IMG/VR virus record: IMGVR_UViG_3300021375_001810 | Reading direction: 5' to 3' (one strand) | DNA from: a virus | Length of the DNA stretch: 64,000 nucleotides | Part shown: piece after piece, positions 53,697-64,000 of the stretch | How the letters are laid out: each line of letters begins with the position of its first letter | How positions within the stretch are numbered: the stretch's first letter is position 1 | Translations under genes and position numbers: made by a program | Notes under the pieces: model-generated | What the model was told of the DNA's origin: nothing | What the model saw: only the letters and a program-made list of their open reading frames with translations | Database searches by the model: none

Positions 53697-55711
53697 TAGC
53701 CCCCAACTCCTGTGTATATGATATAATTAACTGTTAAGTATGGATTCATTAAGTTTACAGCATCGCCGTTTCCGCCAATTTCCATGCCGCCCGTTCTTGG
53801 ATATTTTAATCCGTTTGCTGTACCTACCAAGTCTGTATCAATAATTGCATCACTATCGCCTGAAACAGTTGAGTCCGGATTAATGACATAGTACTGTTGT
53901 GGTGTTGCTCCATCATCTTTAAGTTCGTGTTTGTGATCTGGTAAGTTGTCAACTGTAATAGTTGCTGTTTCAGCACCACTTTTAGCACCTAATGTATCTG
54001 CTGACGGAACAATGTTTGCCGCTGTGCCGCCCATGTTGTCTGCACCTAGTGGCATTCTACCTCTTAAATCAGGTAGTGTAAAGTATCCTGTTGGAGCAGA
54101 GTTATCATATGTATTGCCAATAACTTGTTCAAGTTTTTCATACGCTGATGCTAACTCATTTTGTCCATGACATAGTAGCCATCCATCTGGTGCTGTACTT
54201 CCTGCATAAGGAACAATAGTACCTACCGGTGTTAATCCTGTTATTTGATCAAATATAGTTGAGCGTCTTACTTTGTAAATACCAATTTCGCCGCTAACTC
54301 TGTTAACTAAGAATTCATCATCTGTTTGTGAATTCTCTTTTATAGTTTTTTGAGATATAAATTCGTTTGTAACTTGTGTTTGGAAAGTAACTGTACCTTG
54401 TTGTCCGTCAAAGTCAATATCAAGTAGACTTTCAACATCACCTGTCATTCTAAATACACTTGGTGATGACAGTTTATCTGCACTACCTGCTCTACCACTT
54501 ACACTACCTTGTACGTTACCGTTCAACGATCCTATAAACTCAGTAGCATACATTGCTTTCCATTTGTCTGTTGTACTACCAATTGATCTTAAATTACTAT
54601 CTTGTGGTAATATATCATTAAATGTTGAACTTCCAAGTACACTAATACCTGATCCAACTGTTAGATTTTTTGCTACAGCTGCGCCACCCGCAACTATTAA
54701 TGAACCTGTGCTAACTGATGTACTATCTGTTAAACCGTTTACAAGTAAATTAGAATCTGTTTGGATGTCTCCGCCTACATCTAATGATTTTTCAGGATTT
54801 AAATTATTAACACCGATATTAGTATTACTATTAATTCTTAATGGAGTTGCTGTTACACCAGCATTATTAGTTTTAAAGTCAATACTTGAGCCACTAATAT
54901 CGTGGCTAATAACACCTGCTTGTCCAGTAATTCTTAATCTTAATGAGTTACTAAGACCAACACTTATTCCTCCGTCATTTTTAATATTAAGTTCTTGCTC
55001 TGCAATATTAATTGCACTTTTTCTCATAAAGTCTGTTGCAGGAACTGACGCACCACTAATAACTAAGTTTTCTGCTTTTTCTGCTGTACCAATATACCTA
55101 GGAATACCATCGCCTGTAATATCTGCTGTAGATAAATTGTATCCTGGTTTGATAATATCAAAGCCTTCAATGTCTGTTTTAGGAATAAATGTATCTTTTG
55201 CTAGAATAGCAATAACTTTACCGCCTATTTCAACTTGTAAAATGTCAAATACCGCATCAGTAGTTGAAGTAACTTTTACAGGTTTAGTACCTGTTGCTAA
55301 TCCTTCAGCAAACTCAGGACCTACTAATAACCAGTTTGAACCTGCAAACAAATATAACTGTTGGTTGTCTGTATCAACCCAAAGGTCGCCAACAACTGAA
55401 TTGGCTGCTTCTGGTGCTAAATTTGCTTTCTTAAGTCCGCCTGCTGCAACCCATGTAGTACCATCATAAAGTTTAAGTTGGTCAACACCTGGTGTAGTGT
55501 CGTACCATAATTGTCCTTCAGTAGGATTAGTAGGTGATACAGTGTGTGCAAAGTTTTCTAATAAGTGTAAAAAGTTTTCCGATATTGCTTGTCCGTATGC
55601 TGTTATATTTCTTCCTGGTAAACTTAAACTGGTTTCTGTATTAAGTGTACTGTCCTCAATAACAATTACACCTTTGTTAACCTGATCTGAATATCTAATA
55701 TTATATGCCAT
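53696..55711 (-). CDS. Short tail fibre-like protein with tail collar domain
   Basis: Same N-terminal domain; PVGTIVPYAG..APDGWLLCHG...LPDLRGR; NPYLTVNYII. Confidence 0.8.
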   Translation of the reverse strand: MAYNIRYSDQVNKGVIVIEDSTLNTETSLSLPGRNITAYGQAISENFLHLLENFAHTVSPTNPTEGQLWYDTTPGVDQLKLYDGTTWVAAGGLKKANLAPEAANSVVGDLWVDTDNQQLYLFAGSNWLLVGPEFAEGLATGTKPVKVTSTTDAVFDILQVEIGGKVIAILAKDTFIPKTDIEGFDIIKPGYNLSTADITGDGIPRYIGTAEKAENLVISGASVPATDFMRKSAINIAEQELNIKNDGGISVGLSNSLRLRITGQAGVISHDISGSSIDFKTNNAGVTATPLRINSNTNIGVNNLNPEKSLDVGGDIQTDSNLLVNGLTDSTSVSTGSLIVAGGAAVAKNLTVGSGISVLGSSTFNDILPQDSNLRSIGSTTDKWKAMYATEFIGSLNGNVQGSVSGRAGSADKLSSPSVFRMTGDVESLLDIDFDGQQGTVTFQTQVTNEFISQKTIKENSQTDDEFLVNRVSGEIGIYKVRRSTIFDQITGLTPVGTIVPYAGSTAPDGWLLCHGQNELASAYEKLEQVIGNTYDNSAPTGYFTLPDLRGRMPLGADNMGGTAANIVPSADTLGAKSGAETATITVDNLPDHKHELKDDGATPQQYYVINPDSTVSGDSDAIIDTDLVGTANGLKYPRTGGMEIGGNGDAVNLMNPYLTVNYIIYTGVGG

Positions 55712-55713
55712 GT

Positions 55714-56337
55714 CTACGCCTCATTAAATCCGGTTAAACTTTGAACTCTTACAGTATAGTCAATTTGTATAAGTCTGTTTAAACTCTTTTGTACAGGGTG
55801 GAAAATAACATGTGTTAATAGTTTACCTGTGCCTGTGCCTGCCGCTGAACTTACTAGTCCTAATTCATCAAACACATATAAACTTTCAGTATCAGATGCT
55901 GTATCAAATGCATCTTGCCCACTTGGCTCACCGTAATCTAGTAAACAACTTACCAATATGTCAGTATAGTTTGTACCACTTACGTGCCTTGTTTCAATTT
56001 TGTTTCTTACAGGATCAGTATTGTTTGGATCAACAGCAACTATTTTTTCAAATGTTTGATTGTATAAACTTGCGTTTGAACCAGTTGAGTTAGGAGTTAG
56101 ATAGGTAATAATTCCTGTCGGATCTACTGATGTTCCGCCGTTACCAAATGCCATTTTATATATTGGCCCTTGCCCTGCTGATGCTAAACTTTCAGCAAGT
56201 GCAATACTCATGTTCTCATAGTGGATAGCGTTCCTTTTATCAATAAGAACTTCTCCAGATGCTGGGTCTGTAATTTTAATGTGTCCTTGTAAAAGTACAC
56301 CATTCATGTCTTTAAATTTGTCTGTCATAATATCCAC
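55714..56337 (-). CDS. Virion (baseplate) structural protein
   Basis: VFDELGL...LLTHVIFHPVQKSLNR; start may be 56328. Confidence 0.65.
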   Translation of the reverse strand: MDIMTDKFKDMNGVLLQGHIKITDPASGEVLIDKRNAIHYENMSIALAESLASAGQGPIYKMAFGNGGTSVDPTGIITYLTPNSTGSNASLYNQTFEKIVAVDPNNTDPVRNKIETRHVSGTNYTDILVSCLLDYGEPSGQDAFDTASDTESLYVFDELGLVSSAAGTGTGKLLTHVIFHPVQKSLNRLIQIDYTVRVQSLTGFNEA

Positions 56338-56348
56338 CTATACTGTAT

Positions 56349-59300
56349 TTATTTTGGTAAGTCAATTGTTTGATCTCTCAAGAACTCTGCAATTGGATTT
56401 TGTGCAACTCTTAGTGATTCTCCTGACTCTTGCCATGTTTTTCCTATCTTTCTTATTATAAACACTTTAGTTCCTGCTACTGGAATGGTGTTCAATGTTA
56501 TTGCATTGTTACTTATCGTAAATTCTGCATCTACGGTAATATCTGCTTCTGGGCTATCTTGATCAATAGTGGTGTCAAATACACTTATTGCTTGTTTTCT
56601 TAGTCGTCTACCTGCAACAAACACTTCAAACTCATTAATATTAGTTGTAGCCCAATCTAATGCATATGTTGCTGTTGAACCGTCTGCTTCAAATTGCAAT
56701 GTTCTTATCTCATCAGTATAAGGAACTGTTTGATAAGCACTTTGATCCATTAATTCGGTGCCTGCATTGTATGTTGTTTTAACACCTGTTCCTAATGTAC
56801 CACGTCTTAATTGTGATAAAACATTATCTTCTACTTTAAAGTATTCAATCCTTTCACCGTCAATAAACACTACTCCTGGAACATTAATGCTAGGATCTGG
56901 TTGACTAATTCCTGTAGCATTAACTAGTTTAATATCCTTATCAAAATAATTTAATTCTTGATCTAGCACAAATATCTTACTACTATTTAAGCGTTTATAA
57001 TGAGTACGATTTAACATATCCTTAAATATTCTAAATCCAAATCTATCATTAACTCTATTACCTGCAAAGTGTACAACATCTAACCTGTCATCTTTTACTA
57101 AAGGTTTAGTAACTTTTAAATATCTTAAATCTTCAGTTATAGTATAATCTACGTTAGCACTTAGTAGTTGTCCATTTAATGATACCCAAAGATATGCTGG
57201 ATCAACTGCTGGTAAACGAAGTTCTACTAAACCTTGTGTTAACTTGTTATATTCGTAATAATCATCACTGCCTAATACTAGTGTACTTCTTGAAACAACG
57301 TCTTGTGTTACACGTTCTATATTTTGTATATCGTGTTTGTTAAATTTGTAAACATCTACTTTAGCATCAAGTGCAGGGGTATCTGTTAATATAATTCTAT
57401 CACCAGATTCTACACCTTTAAATCCTGTTACAGAAGTTGCTATTGCGCCACTTAGTAAGCCTTGAATTTGTATTGTTGGATCAGTAGTTAACGAAGCAAT
57501 TATATTAGCCGAGTCGCCAATTACAACAAGTATATTACCTGCAAAAGTTTTTACTGTTGCTTCAAACTGTGTACTATCCGCTGAACCTATACGAACTTCT
57601 TCACCTTGCGAGAACTGGCCTGTAATACTATCCGAGTCTAATGTTAGTTCAACGTTTCTATCAAATTCATATTCACCGTCATTAAGAACAAATACGTCTA
57701 ATGTATCTCCATTTACGCCTACGTTATCAAATAATACAACAGCACTATTATTAAAGTCCCAGTTAAAGTCCTGTAAGTAACTTAACTGTACGTCATTTAG
57801 ATAAACTGCAATATCTTCTGGACTTACTGATGCCCTTGCTACTTGATGTAGATCAAATGTATATTCTCTGCTTGGAGATATTATAAATTGTTGATTATAT
57901 CCTGGATATAATATTTTGTTATCTACTTTAACAACTACATTATGGCTTAATGGTAAAGAACTAGATGGTGGTGTACTTAAAGTAAATCCAACACTACTTC
58001 CGTCGCCTTCAAATCTATCTACAGTTACTTCACTATAACTTAAACTAGATGAAGCATATACAGCATAGTATATAAATGCACCAGGAGCAGGTGGTGTAAT
58101 AAATTTAAGGCCTACTAATCCTGCTCTACCGTCATATGTTGAATCTGTTTCAAATATATCTGCAACTGCTTTCTTTCCGTCAACACTAATGTATGTTGAG
58201 ATATTATCATTCCATAATACGTTAGTTACAAATATTTGTGTACTACCGTCTGCAACAAAGTTATCAATGTCAAGTATGTTTTCACCGTTACCACTCATTG
58301 ATATAATTGATACACGCTGACCAACTGTTAATGCCTCATTAAATGTTAATGTTTTTTCAACAAAGTCAATTTCATATGGATAAGATGAGTCATCTATTGG
58401 TCCTTGGATCACATTATCTACTTTAACAATTAATGATTCTATGTTGTGCGGTAATAAACTTAAATCAAACGTTTTATTTTGTGTTGCTGATGCTGTATAA
58501 TTTCTTACAGCAATAGTACTTCCGCCGTCTGCTACTTTATCATAAACTTTAATATCTAGTGTATCAAGTACTTGTCCAGGAACTAATTCTTCAGGTCCTT
58601 TAGATGTAGTTAGTGTAACAAATCCGTCGCCATCAATTGTTATATCTTCTGATTTTAATCCCGTTGCTGTACCATATGCTAAATTTCCGCCTTCAATTAC
58701 AGTATCAAGTGTGAAAGTATCAGGAAGGAAACTACCATCACTAGATGCTTTCCTAACAATAATAGTGTCTCCTGCACCAACTTCGTCGCCTGATGAAATT
58801 ACATCAACAACATAACCCGACACGCCTGTGTCATTTTCGCCAAAGATACTTTCTATTGTGGCAAAATCTGGTTTGCTCAACACTGGAGCAAAGTATGTAT
58901 TGAACAATGCATAACCTAATGGGTTATTTGCCAACATACCTGCTGGTGTCTTTAAACTATCATCCCATTCAGGACTAAGGGAGCCGCCATCCCAGTATAC
59001 ACTCATATCCCACATTGACCAGTTTACCAAGTAAGTGTATTCTGTGTATGCCACTGCAGCTTTCTCTGGATCTGTATTCCAATCAGTAGCATAACCACTC
59101 GGATCATATAATCCTGCGTCAATTGCTTCTTTCATAGCAAGATGTAATGCTGTGGTTTTCCAATCGAAACTTGGTTCATTACCAATTCTAATATCTGGAT
59201 TCATTTCCACTGCGTCTGAACTACCAGGCACTGCACCCGGAATACCAAATGCGTGTATGGTGTGAAATATGTGTTCAAATATTTCTTCTATATCTCTACG

Positions 59301-62300
59301 CTGTGTTGGAGGATTGTTTCCGTTAATATTCTTATACCATACCATATCCTTTTGAGCAACACTGTCATTGAATGCTTGTAGTCCTGCATAACTTGGTATG
59401 CCGGCATCTTCTAACCAGTTAGGTGTATATGTACTTCCGCCGCCATAGCCAACTCTTTGTATTGTAGGTATTCCTGCGTGTTTCGTTCCAGCGTCACCTT
59501 TTAGTGTTTTAAGAAAATTGCGTTGATGTGTAGTGTTAATGCCAGCACCGTTAGGATCAGTCATTAATTCAAATGTTCTTGCAGTTTTCTTTGCCCATTC
59601 ATTTGGTACTGCTAGTTGTCCGCCTACTGCTCCTGCAACAACAAGTTTCAATCCGTTAACAGTTAATGCCCTGTCAAACACTGTACCATTGTTCTCAGCA
59701 ATTAATGCACCGTTGTTGTATTCTGAGTCTAACGAACTTCCTTCTCCATTAATATTAAGTCCGTCATTGTCTAAGAATATAGTTGTTTGAACACCATCAC
59801 CTGTTAAACTTTGTGTTATTGCATTTGGATTTGCTACAGGATTACCTGTGCCAAAGTTTGGATCATCAATTCTTACACCATTTAGATATACATTATACAC
59901 TACATCGTTTTCTAAAGGTTTAGAAAGAGTTATTTGTATTGTACTTCCGTCTAGTGTAATTATTTCATCTTCAAATCCGTCATCGTAACTATCCCAAGTA
60001 GTTGCATACCAAGGATCATTATCCCAACCTAGTTTGGCACCAAATTCAAAACTCTTAACTTGTACTCCACCGTAGTCAACACCATCCATTAACTGTGCAA
60101 AATCTTTTCCGTATAATCCTGATTGTGCTTCATATAAGAATTGTATGCGTTCTGCAGCATTTAGTAAGTCTAATGATCTGTTGTATGTTATTAATACAGT
60201 CGAATCTTTTGCTGGAGCAAAACTAAACTCAATTTGCCCTGTTTTTCTAGTATACCCCTTTGTCGAATCCTCAACATTTTTATATTCGTATTGGCTACTT
60301 AATGCTTGTATACCATCTATAGTTACGTTAATTGTATTAGTACTCAACTGTAAAGGCCATTTAGTATTAAATTTAAGTTGGCTGCCTGATGCTACAAACG
60401 TTTCTTGTTCTTGTATATCTGCTAGTACAATATCTGTTGTAATCCTATCAAACTTTTGGGCAATTTTTGTTGCTCGAACTTTACCGTTGCCTATTATTAC
60501 TGATACTACAGGTTGTGTACCTTCTTGTGTTTGTGTTCCTTCAAACTGTATTAACGGTGCTGAGTAATATCCTGTACCTGGATTTGTAATTTCAATCTTT
60601 TTAATAACACCGTTACCAATAAACGCTTTTGCTGTTGCGCCTGTTCCGCCGCCACCTACAAATGTTACTAGAGGAGTTTCAGTATATCCTGATCCTCCGT
60701 CTTTAATAAGTACTGAATCAATAAAGTATGAAGAATTATCTACCCAATGTCTTGCAGGATAGTCTGATACGTCTGTAAGTACACTTGATAATCTGTCATT
60801 CTCCACAATAAAGTCTGATGGTACAATTTTACCAATATTACTATTATACACAGCAGGTAAATCATAATCAGTTATAACCGAACTAGTATTATCTTTACCT
60901 TCGTATGCACTTAAATATTCACGTATATTAGTCTTATAAGGTTTAACTTCGTTAACATACTCTTCAAAACTAGGTAAGTTGTCGTTTTGATAATTTGTTT
61001 TCTGTACTAAATTACCAACATTATGTTTTGCTTTGATGAAACTTGTTTTGAACGCCCAGTCTACATATGATTGCTCTGAGAATACATATCGTAAACATGC
61101 AAAGAATAAATTGTTATATTCTAACTCTAAATTACCTACAAAAATGTTATCTCGTAATGCTGTTAATATTTTGCGTAATGCAATCTTGTTAGTTGAATCA
61201 GAGCTAATTGTAGTTACAAATTGCAATGTACCATCTTGCCTACCAATTGTTCTATAGTTAACAGTATAGTCTGGAACGTCAGCATTTAGTGTTTTTTCTA
61301 ATAGTAACCAACCGCCTGTGCCAACATTTTCAACTTTAACAATATCACCAATTTTATCATCAATTTCATTTAATTCGTATGTTTCTTGTACAAGGTAATC
61401 AATTGATGTTAATTGACTAAATCCTGTATCGTACCAGTCAATGTAATTCCAATAATCAGATACATCATACTTTTCTTTTGATGTAATTGTAAATTCTTGT
61501 GTTTCTAAATCCCATCCGTAAATAGCCCAATCACCGTCAAGTGTTGAATCAGCACCAACAAGTACACTTAGTGGACGTACTATTAGTGTTAACGAATCTG
61601 CATAATTTCTACCGCCGTTAACAACTGTTACAGATGTAATTTGACCTAGTGCATTAATTGTACTTTCTAATTCTAATCCTTCACCCGTTCCAATTGCTGT
61701 AATTTTTGGACCTTTTCTTATTCCACCTATTGTTGTGTTGTAAGATGGGTCTGAATAACTATAACCCTTATTAATGATGTTTACTTGTGTTACTATTCCG
61801 TTAACAACTACAGGTTCTAGTATTGCAACTTGTGCTTTGGCAGTACCAATAATACTTAACTCAGCATCTGTGTCAACTCGACGATCCCATGTTGCAGAAA
61901 TTGCACTAGGCTCTGGATCTTTTTCTAATAAAGTAGTAATATTATAATTGTCATCAATTAATTCTTGCTTAATAACTTTATTAATTCTAGTAAATGCTTG
62001 ACTTACTGCTTCTTCTCTATTTACAAACCAACTTTGTCTTGGTCTATTTAATACGCCATATTTTTGTTTTGCACTCAGAGCTGGATCTGGAACCGGTCTA
62101 CCGTATGCATCTTGGCCAATAAGACTATCAAACCATTTAAGTTCTAATGTAGACTTAGGCTTACTAGTGTAAAGTCCTTCACTAATAATTTGATATTCGT
62201 TGTGTACGTTAATACTCTGATCGTCAATTGTCCAATATCTAAAGTTTACTGCAATATCTTGATTTTCAAGTAACTTGTCGCAATTTCTAATTACTAAACT

Positions 62301-64000
62301 ATTAGTAGTGAGCAAATTAGCAAACTTTAAGTTTTGTGAAACAGGATCTATTATTATTGCCGCAACATCAAATGCTGATTTATTACGGTTTTCAATATTA
62401 GGCGTTGTTTTCTTATCTTTAACCCAGTAATAATACTTTGTAGTAAATGTACCAGATATTTTATCATAATCCTGTCTAGTACAGTATGCAGATTCACCGT
62501 ATTTTGTTTTGCCACTAATGCCTAAACGTATTCCTGCAGGAGTATCTGCTTGTGTGTCCCATTGTGTAGGTGTTAGTGTAGTTTCTACCCATTCATAAAT
62601 GTCTACTGACGCACCTGGTGCTAATGTATTCCAACTATTTGCACTATAAATTGCATCTCCTTGATACGCATTTAAAAACTTAACTGTACTTAAATCCCAC
62701 CAAAGTTTTCCAATATTTTTTACACTCCAACTATTATACTGATCAACAGTAACTGCTGTATTTGTTGCTGTTGTGTAAGTTGCTGGATCATAATATGTTT
62801 TAAATGATAATTCTTGTTCTGCAAGACCTGATATCTTACCTTGTACTGGATCAATTAAATCTAATGATGTTAGGTATTCATTTGATGACGTATTGTACAT
62901 AAACGAACCTTTAAATTTATCAAGATTAATTTGATCATTTGGTGTTCTGTGTTCTGTCCAAGTATTAACGCCATCTTTTTCAAACTGTACTACTTTACCA
63001 ATTGTTCCATCAATATTATCATTTATTAATCCAACATAAATTTTATCATTCTTAACAATAATGTCTCTACCAAAGTCTTTAACATCAAAGTCTCTATAGG
63101 ATAATTGCTGTCCATATACTAATGCATCTCTAACTCTTTCATATAGATATATTGATCCACTGTCAATAAGTGTTCTACTAAAGTTAGTAAATCCGTTATC
63201 GAATACTGTACCATCGTTATCATATGTAGTATCTAATTCTATGTTTCCGTTGGCACTTGATACCGCTAACTGATTGCCGTCGAAACTTAACTGGTATCCG
63301 AAGTTTTCAATTGGTTCACTATTCTGTGCAACTAGTGTTTGAATTAATTCGTATCCTGTTTCTTTTTGTGCATAAACAAAAACTTGTCCTTGTCTAGCAG
63401 ATAAGTATGTTGATCCAGGGGCACCTACTGCAATTAGTTTACCGTCGTCGGCTACGCTAACAGTTTCTCCAAACTCCATTGACGAATTAGGTATTTCTAA
63501 TATTTGGAATAACTCGTAATGTTCGTCATGATATTTGTAAACAGCAATACGTTTTAAATCTCCGTATGCTGAAATTGAAGCAATAGTTTTCCCGTCATCA
63601 CTAACATCAAACGATGTGCCAAATGCTGTAACATCATTTTCTAATACAGAATCATCTGCAAACTTATAACCTATTGTATTAGGAATAGCTCCAATAAAGT
63701 CAATATGATCTTTAAGTTGTGTCCATTTAGTTGCTGTAAATTCTTCGCCTTGTATATTAGTTAATGCTTTATAAAAATTACCATTATAATATACAACATC
63801 ATCTATGTAATAAATTACTGAATTATTATATATGCCTCTAAACTTAACGTCTTTTGAAAGTTGCCAATCATAAACTGTACCTGTTTCGCTAGTACCGTTT
63901 AGTACTGTATAAATTTTACCAGCACCTTCTTTACTGTTTATTAATAATTTGTATAAGTTGCCAGTTTTGATTATTTTTATTTGCTGGCCTAGTCTTCTAC
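56349..64000 (-). CDS. Giant baseplate-wedge-like protein (probably 5'-truncated by window end)
   Basis: >2376 aa; frame stays open upstream of 63479 in the codons checked; FG-GAP-like repeats, GGSGY...P repeats, VKPYKT motif. Confidence 0.7.
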   Translation of the reverse strand, partial: RRLGQQIKIIKTGNLYKLLINSKEGAGKIYTVLNGTSETGTVYDWQLSKDVKFRGIYNNSVIYYIDDVVYYNGNFYKALTNIQGEEFTATKWTQLKDHIDFIGAIPNTIGYKFADDSVLENDVTAFGTSFDVSDDGKTIASISAYGDLKRIAVYKYHDEHYELFQILEIPNSSMEFGETVSVADDGKLIAVGAPGSTYLSARQGQVFVYAQKETGYELIQTLVAQNSEPIENFGYQLSFDGNQLAVSSANGNIELDTTYDNDGTVFDNGFTNFSRTLIDSGSIYLYERVRDALVYGQQLSYRDFDVKDFGRDIIVKNDKIYVGLINDNIDGTIGKVVQFEKDGVNTWTEHRTPNDQINLDKFKGSFMYNTSSNEYLTSLDLIDPVQGKISGLAEQELSFKTYYDPATYTTATNTAVTVDQYNSWSVKNIGKLWWDLSTVKFLNAYQGDAIYSANSWNTLAPGASVDIYEWVETTLTPTQWDTQADTPAGIRLGISGKTKYGESAYCTRQDYDKISGTFTTKYYYWVKDKKTTPNIENRNKSAFDVAAIIIDPVSQNLKFANLLTTNSLVIRNCDKLLENQDIAVNFRYWTIDDQSINVHNEYQIISEGLYTSKPKSTLELKWFDSLIGQDAYGRPVPDPALSAKQKYGVLNRPRQSWFVNREEAVSQAFTRINKVIKQELIDDNYNITTLLEKDPEPSAISATWDRRVDTDAELSIIGTAKAQVAILEPVVVNGIVTQVNIINKGYSYSDPSYNTTIGGIRKGPKITAIGTGEGLELESTINALGQITSVTVVNGGRNYADSLTLIVRPLSVLVGADSTLDGDWAIYGWDLETQEFTITSKEKYDVSDYWNYIDWYDTGFSQLTSIDYLVQETYELNEIDDKIGDIVKVENVGTGGWLLLEKTLNADVPDYTVNYRTIGRQDGTLQFVTTISSDSTNKIALRKILTALRDNIFVGNLELEYNNLFFACLRYVFSEQSYVDWAFKTSFIKAKHNVGNLVQKTNYQNDNLPSFEEYVNEVKPYKTNIREYLSAYEGKDNTSSVITDYDLPAVYNSNIGKIVPSDFIVENDRLSSVLTDVSDYPARHWVDNSSYFIDSVLIKDGGSGYTETPLVTFVGGGGTGATAKAFIGNGVIKKIEITNPGTGYYSAPLIQFEGTQTQEGTQPVVSVIIGNGKVRATKIAQKFDRITTDIVLADIQEQETFVASGSQLKFNTKWPLQLSTNTINVTIDGIQALSSQYEYKNVEDSTKGYTRKTGQIEFSFAPAKDSTVLITYNRSLDLLNAAERIQFLYEAQSGLYGKDFAQLMDGVDYGGVQVKSFEFGAKLGWDNDPWYATTWDSYDDGFEDEIITLDGSTIQITLSKPLENDVVYNVYLNGVRIDDPNFGTGNPVANPNAITQSLTGDGVQTTIFLDNDGLNINGEGSSLDSEYNNGALIAENNGTVFDRALTVNGLKLVVAGAVGGQLAVPNEWAKKTARTFELMTDPNGAGINTTHQRNFLKTLKGDAGTKHAGIPTIQRVGYGGGSTYTPNWLEDAGIPSYAGLQAFNDSVAQKDMVWYKNINGNNPPTQRRDIEEIFEHIFHTIHAFGIPGAVPGSSDAVEMNPDIRIGNEPSFDWKTTALHLAMKEAIDAGLYDPSGYATDWNTDPEKAAVAYTEYTYLVNWSMWDMSVYWDGGSLSPEWDDSLKTPAGMLANNPLGYALFNTYFAPVLSKPDFATIESIFGENDTGVSGYVVDVISSGDEVGAGDTIIVRKASSDGSFLPDTFTLDTVIEGGNLAYGTATGLKSEDITIDGDGFVTLTTSKGPEELVPGQVLDTLDIKVYDKVADGGSTIAVRNYTASATQNKTFDLSLLPHNIESLIVKVDNVIQGPIDDSSYPYEIDFVEKTLTFNEALTVGQRVSIISMSGNGENILDIDNFVADGSTQIFVTNVLWNDNISTYISVDGKKAVADIFETDSTYDGRAGLVGLKFITPPAPGAFIYYAVYASSSLSYSEVTVDRFEGDGSSVGFTLSTPPSSSLPLSHNVVVKVDNKILYPGYNQQFIISPSREYTFDLHQVARASVSPEDIAVYLNDVQLSYLQDFNWDFNNSAVVLFDNVGVNGDTLDVFVLNDGEYEFDRNVELTLDSDSITGQFSQGEEVRIGSADSTQFEATVKTFAGNILVVIGDSANIIASLTTDPTIQIQGLLSGAIATSVTGFKGVESGDRIILTDTPALDAKVDVYKFNKHDIQNIERVTQDVVSRSTLVLGSDDYYEYNKLTQGLVELRLPAVDPAYLWVSLNGQLLSANVDYTITEDLRYLKVTKPLVKDDRLDVVHFAGNRVNDRFGFRIFKDMLNRTHYKRLNSSKIFVLDQELNYFDKDIKLVNATGISQPDPSINVPGVVFIDGERIEYFKVEDNVLSQLRRGTLGTGVKTTYNAGTELMDQSAYQTVPYTDEIRTLQFEADGSTATYALDWATTNINEFEVFVAGRRLRKQAISVFDTTIDQDSPEADITVDAEFTISNNAITLNTIPVAGTKVFIIRKIGKTWQESGESLRVAQNPIAEFLRDQTIDLPK

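Noticed and set aside
54564-55469. 301-aa plus-strand ORF and other antisense ORFs over structural genes
   Set aside because: Shadow frames produced by codon bias of the real minus-strand genes; no SD or recognisable motifs.
1-64000. tRNA/rRNA genes, CRISPR arrays, introns, inteins, transposases
   Set aside because: Intergenic gaps are short and explained by promoters or terminators. No cloverleaf, repeat-spacer array or splicing motif was seen by eye; tRNAscan/Infernal were not run.
1-64000. Stop-codon recoding, as in some jumbo phages
   Set aside because: Long conserved genes are intact in the standard code, and TAG, TGA and TAA all end genes at expected positions.
1-64000. Restriction-site usage as evidence for G modification (GATC looks common)
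   Set aside because: Needs observed/expected k-mer counts that could not be computed, so it was not used as evidence.

Overview
This AT-rich window is a segment of a large, probably marine, tailed-phage genome (jumbo/myovirus-like) infecting a Gram-negative host, as indicated by a GH19 endolysin plus overlapping i-/o-spanins. It uses the standard genetic code. From left to right it carries: virion proteins; a DnaE-like fragment, GroES, MazG, an exonuclease, an RFC-type clamp loader, ferredoxin, ThyX and PhoH; a lysis cassette containing an ACP-like gene; IscS-IscU; DnaJ, peptide deformylase and ClpA; a mosaic cluster of probable internal head proteins; a family-B DNA polymerase and a probable sliding clamp. 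Next comes an ~10-kb DNA-modification island: a TGT-fold DpdA, a QueD-paralogue with the LxxxHRHxF (DpdL-type) motif, a GT-B glycosyltransferase, a cupin, a 2OG-Fe(II) oxygenase, a PRTase, a HIT protein, FolE and QueE. The window ends with RNase H/5'-3' exonuclease, MoxR-VWA and convergent tail-fibre/baseplate genes. Regulation is T4-like, with sigma70-type TTGAC(A/T)-N17-TAnnnT promoters and a late TAAATA motif. Top candidate system: a replisome-coupled 7-deazaguanine DNA modification pathway. DpdA sits directly behind the clamp gene and carries the same C-terminal FN(S/A)LFD peptide as the polymerase, and it may be extended by glycosylation. Other notable items are a serine-less ACP mimic, a zincin-like domain inserted into the giant baseplate protein, and several RNA-level regulatory hairpins. 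No tRNA, CRISPR array or mobile element was seen. All assignments come from motif recognition only; no database searches were run.
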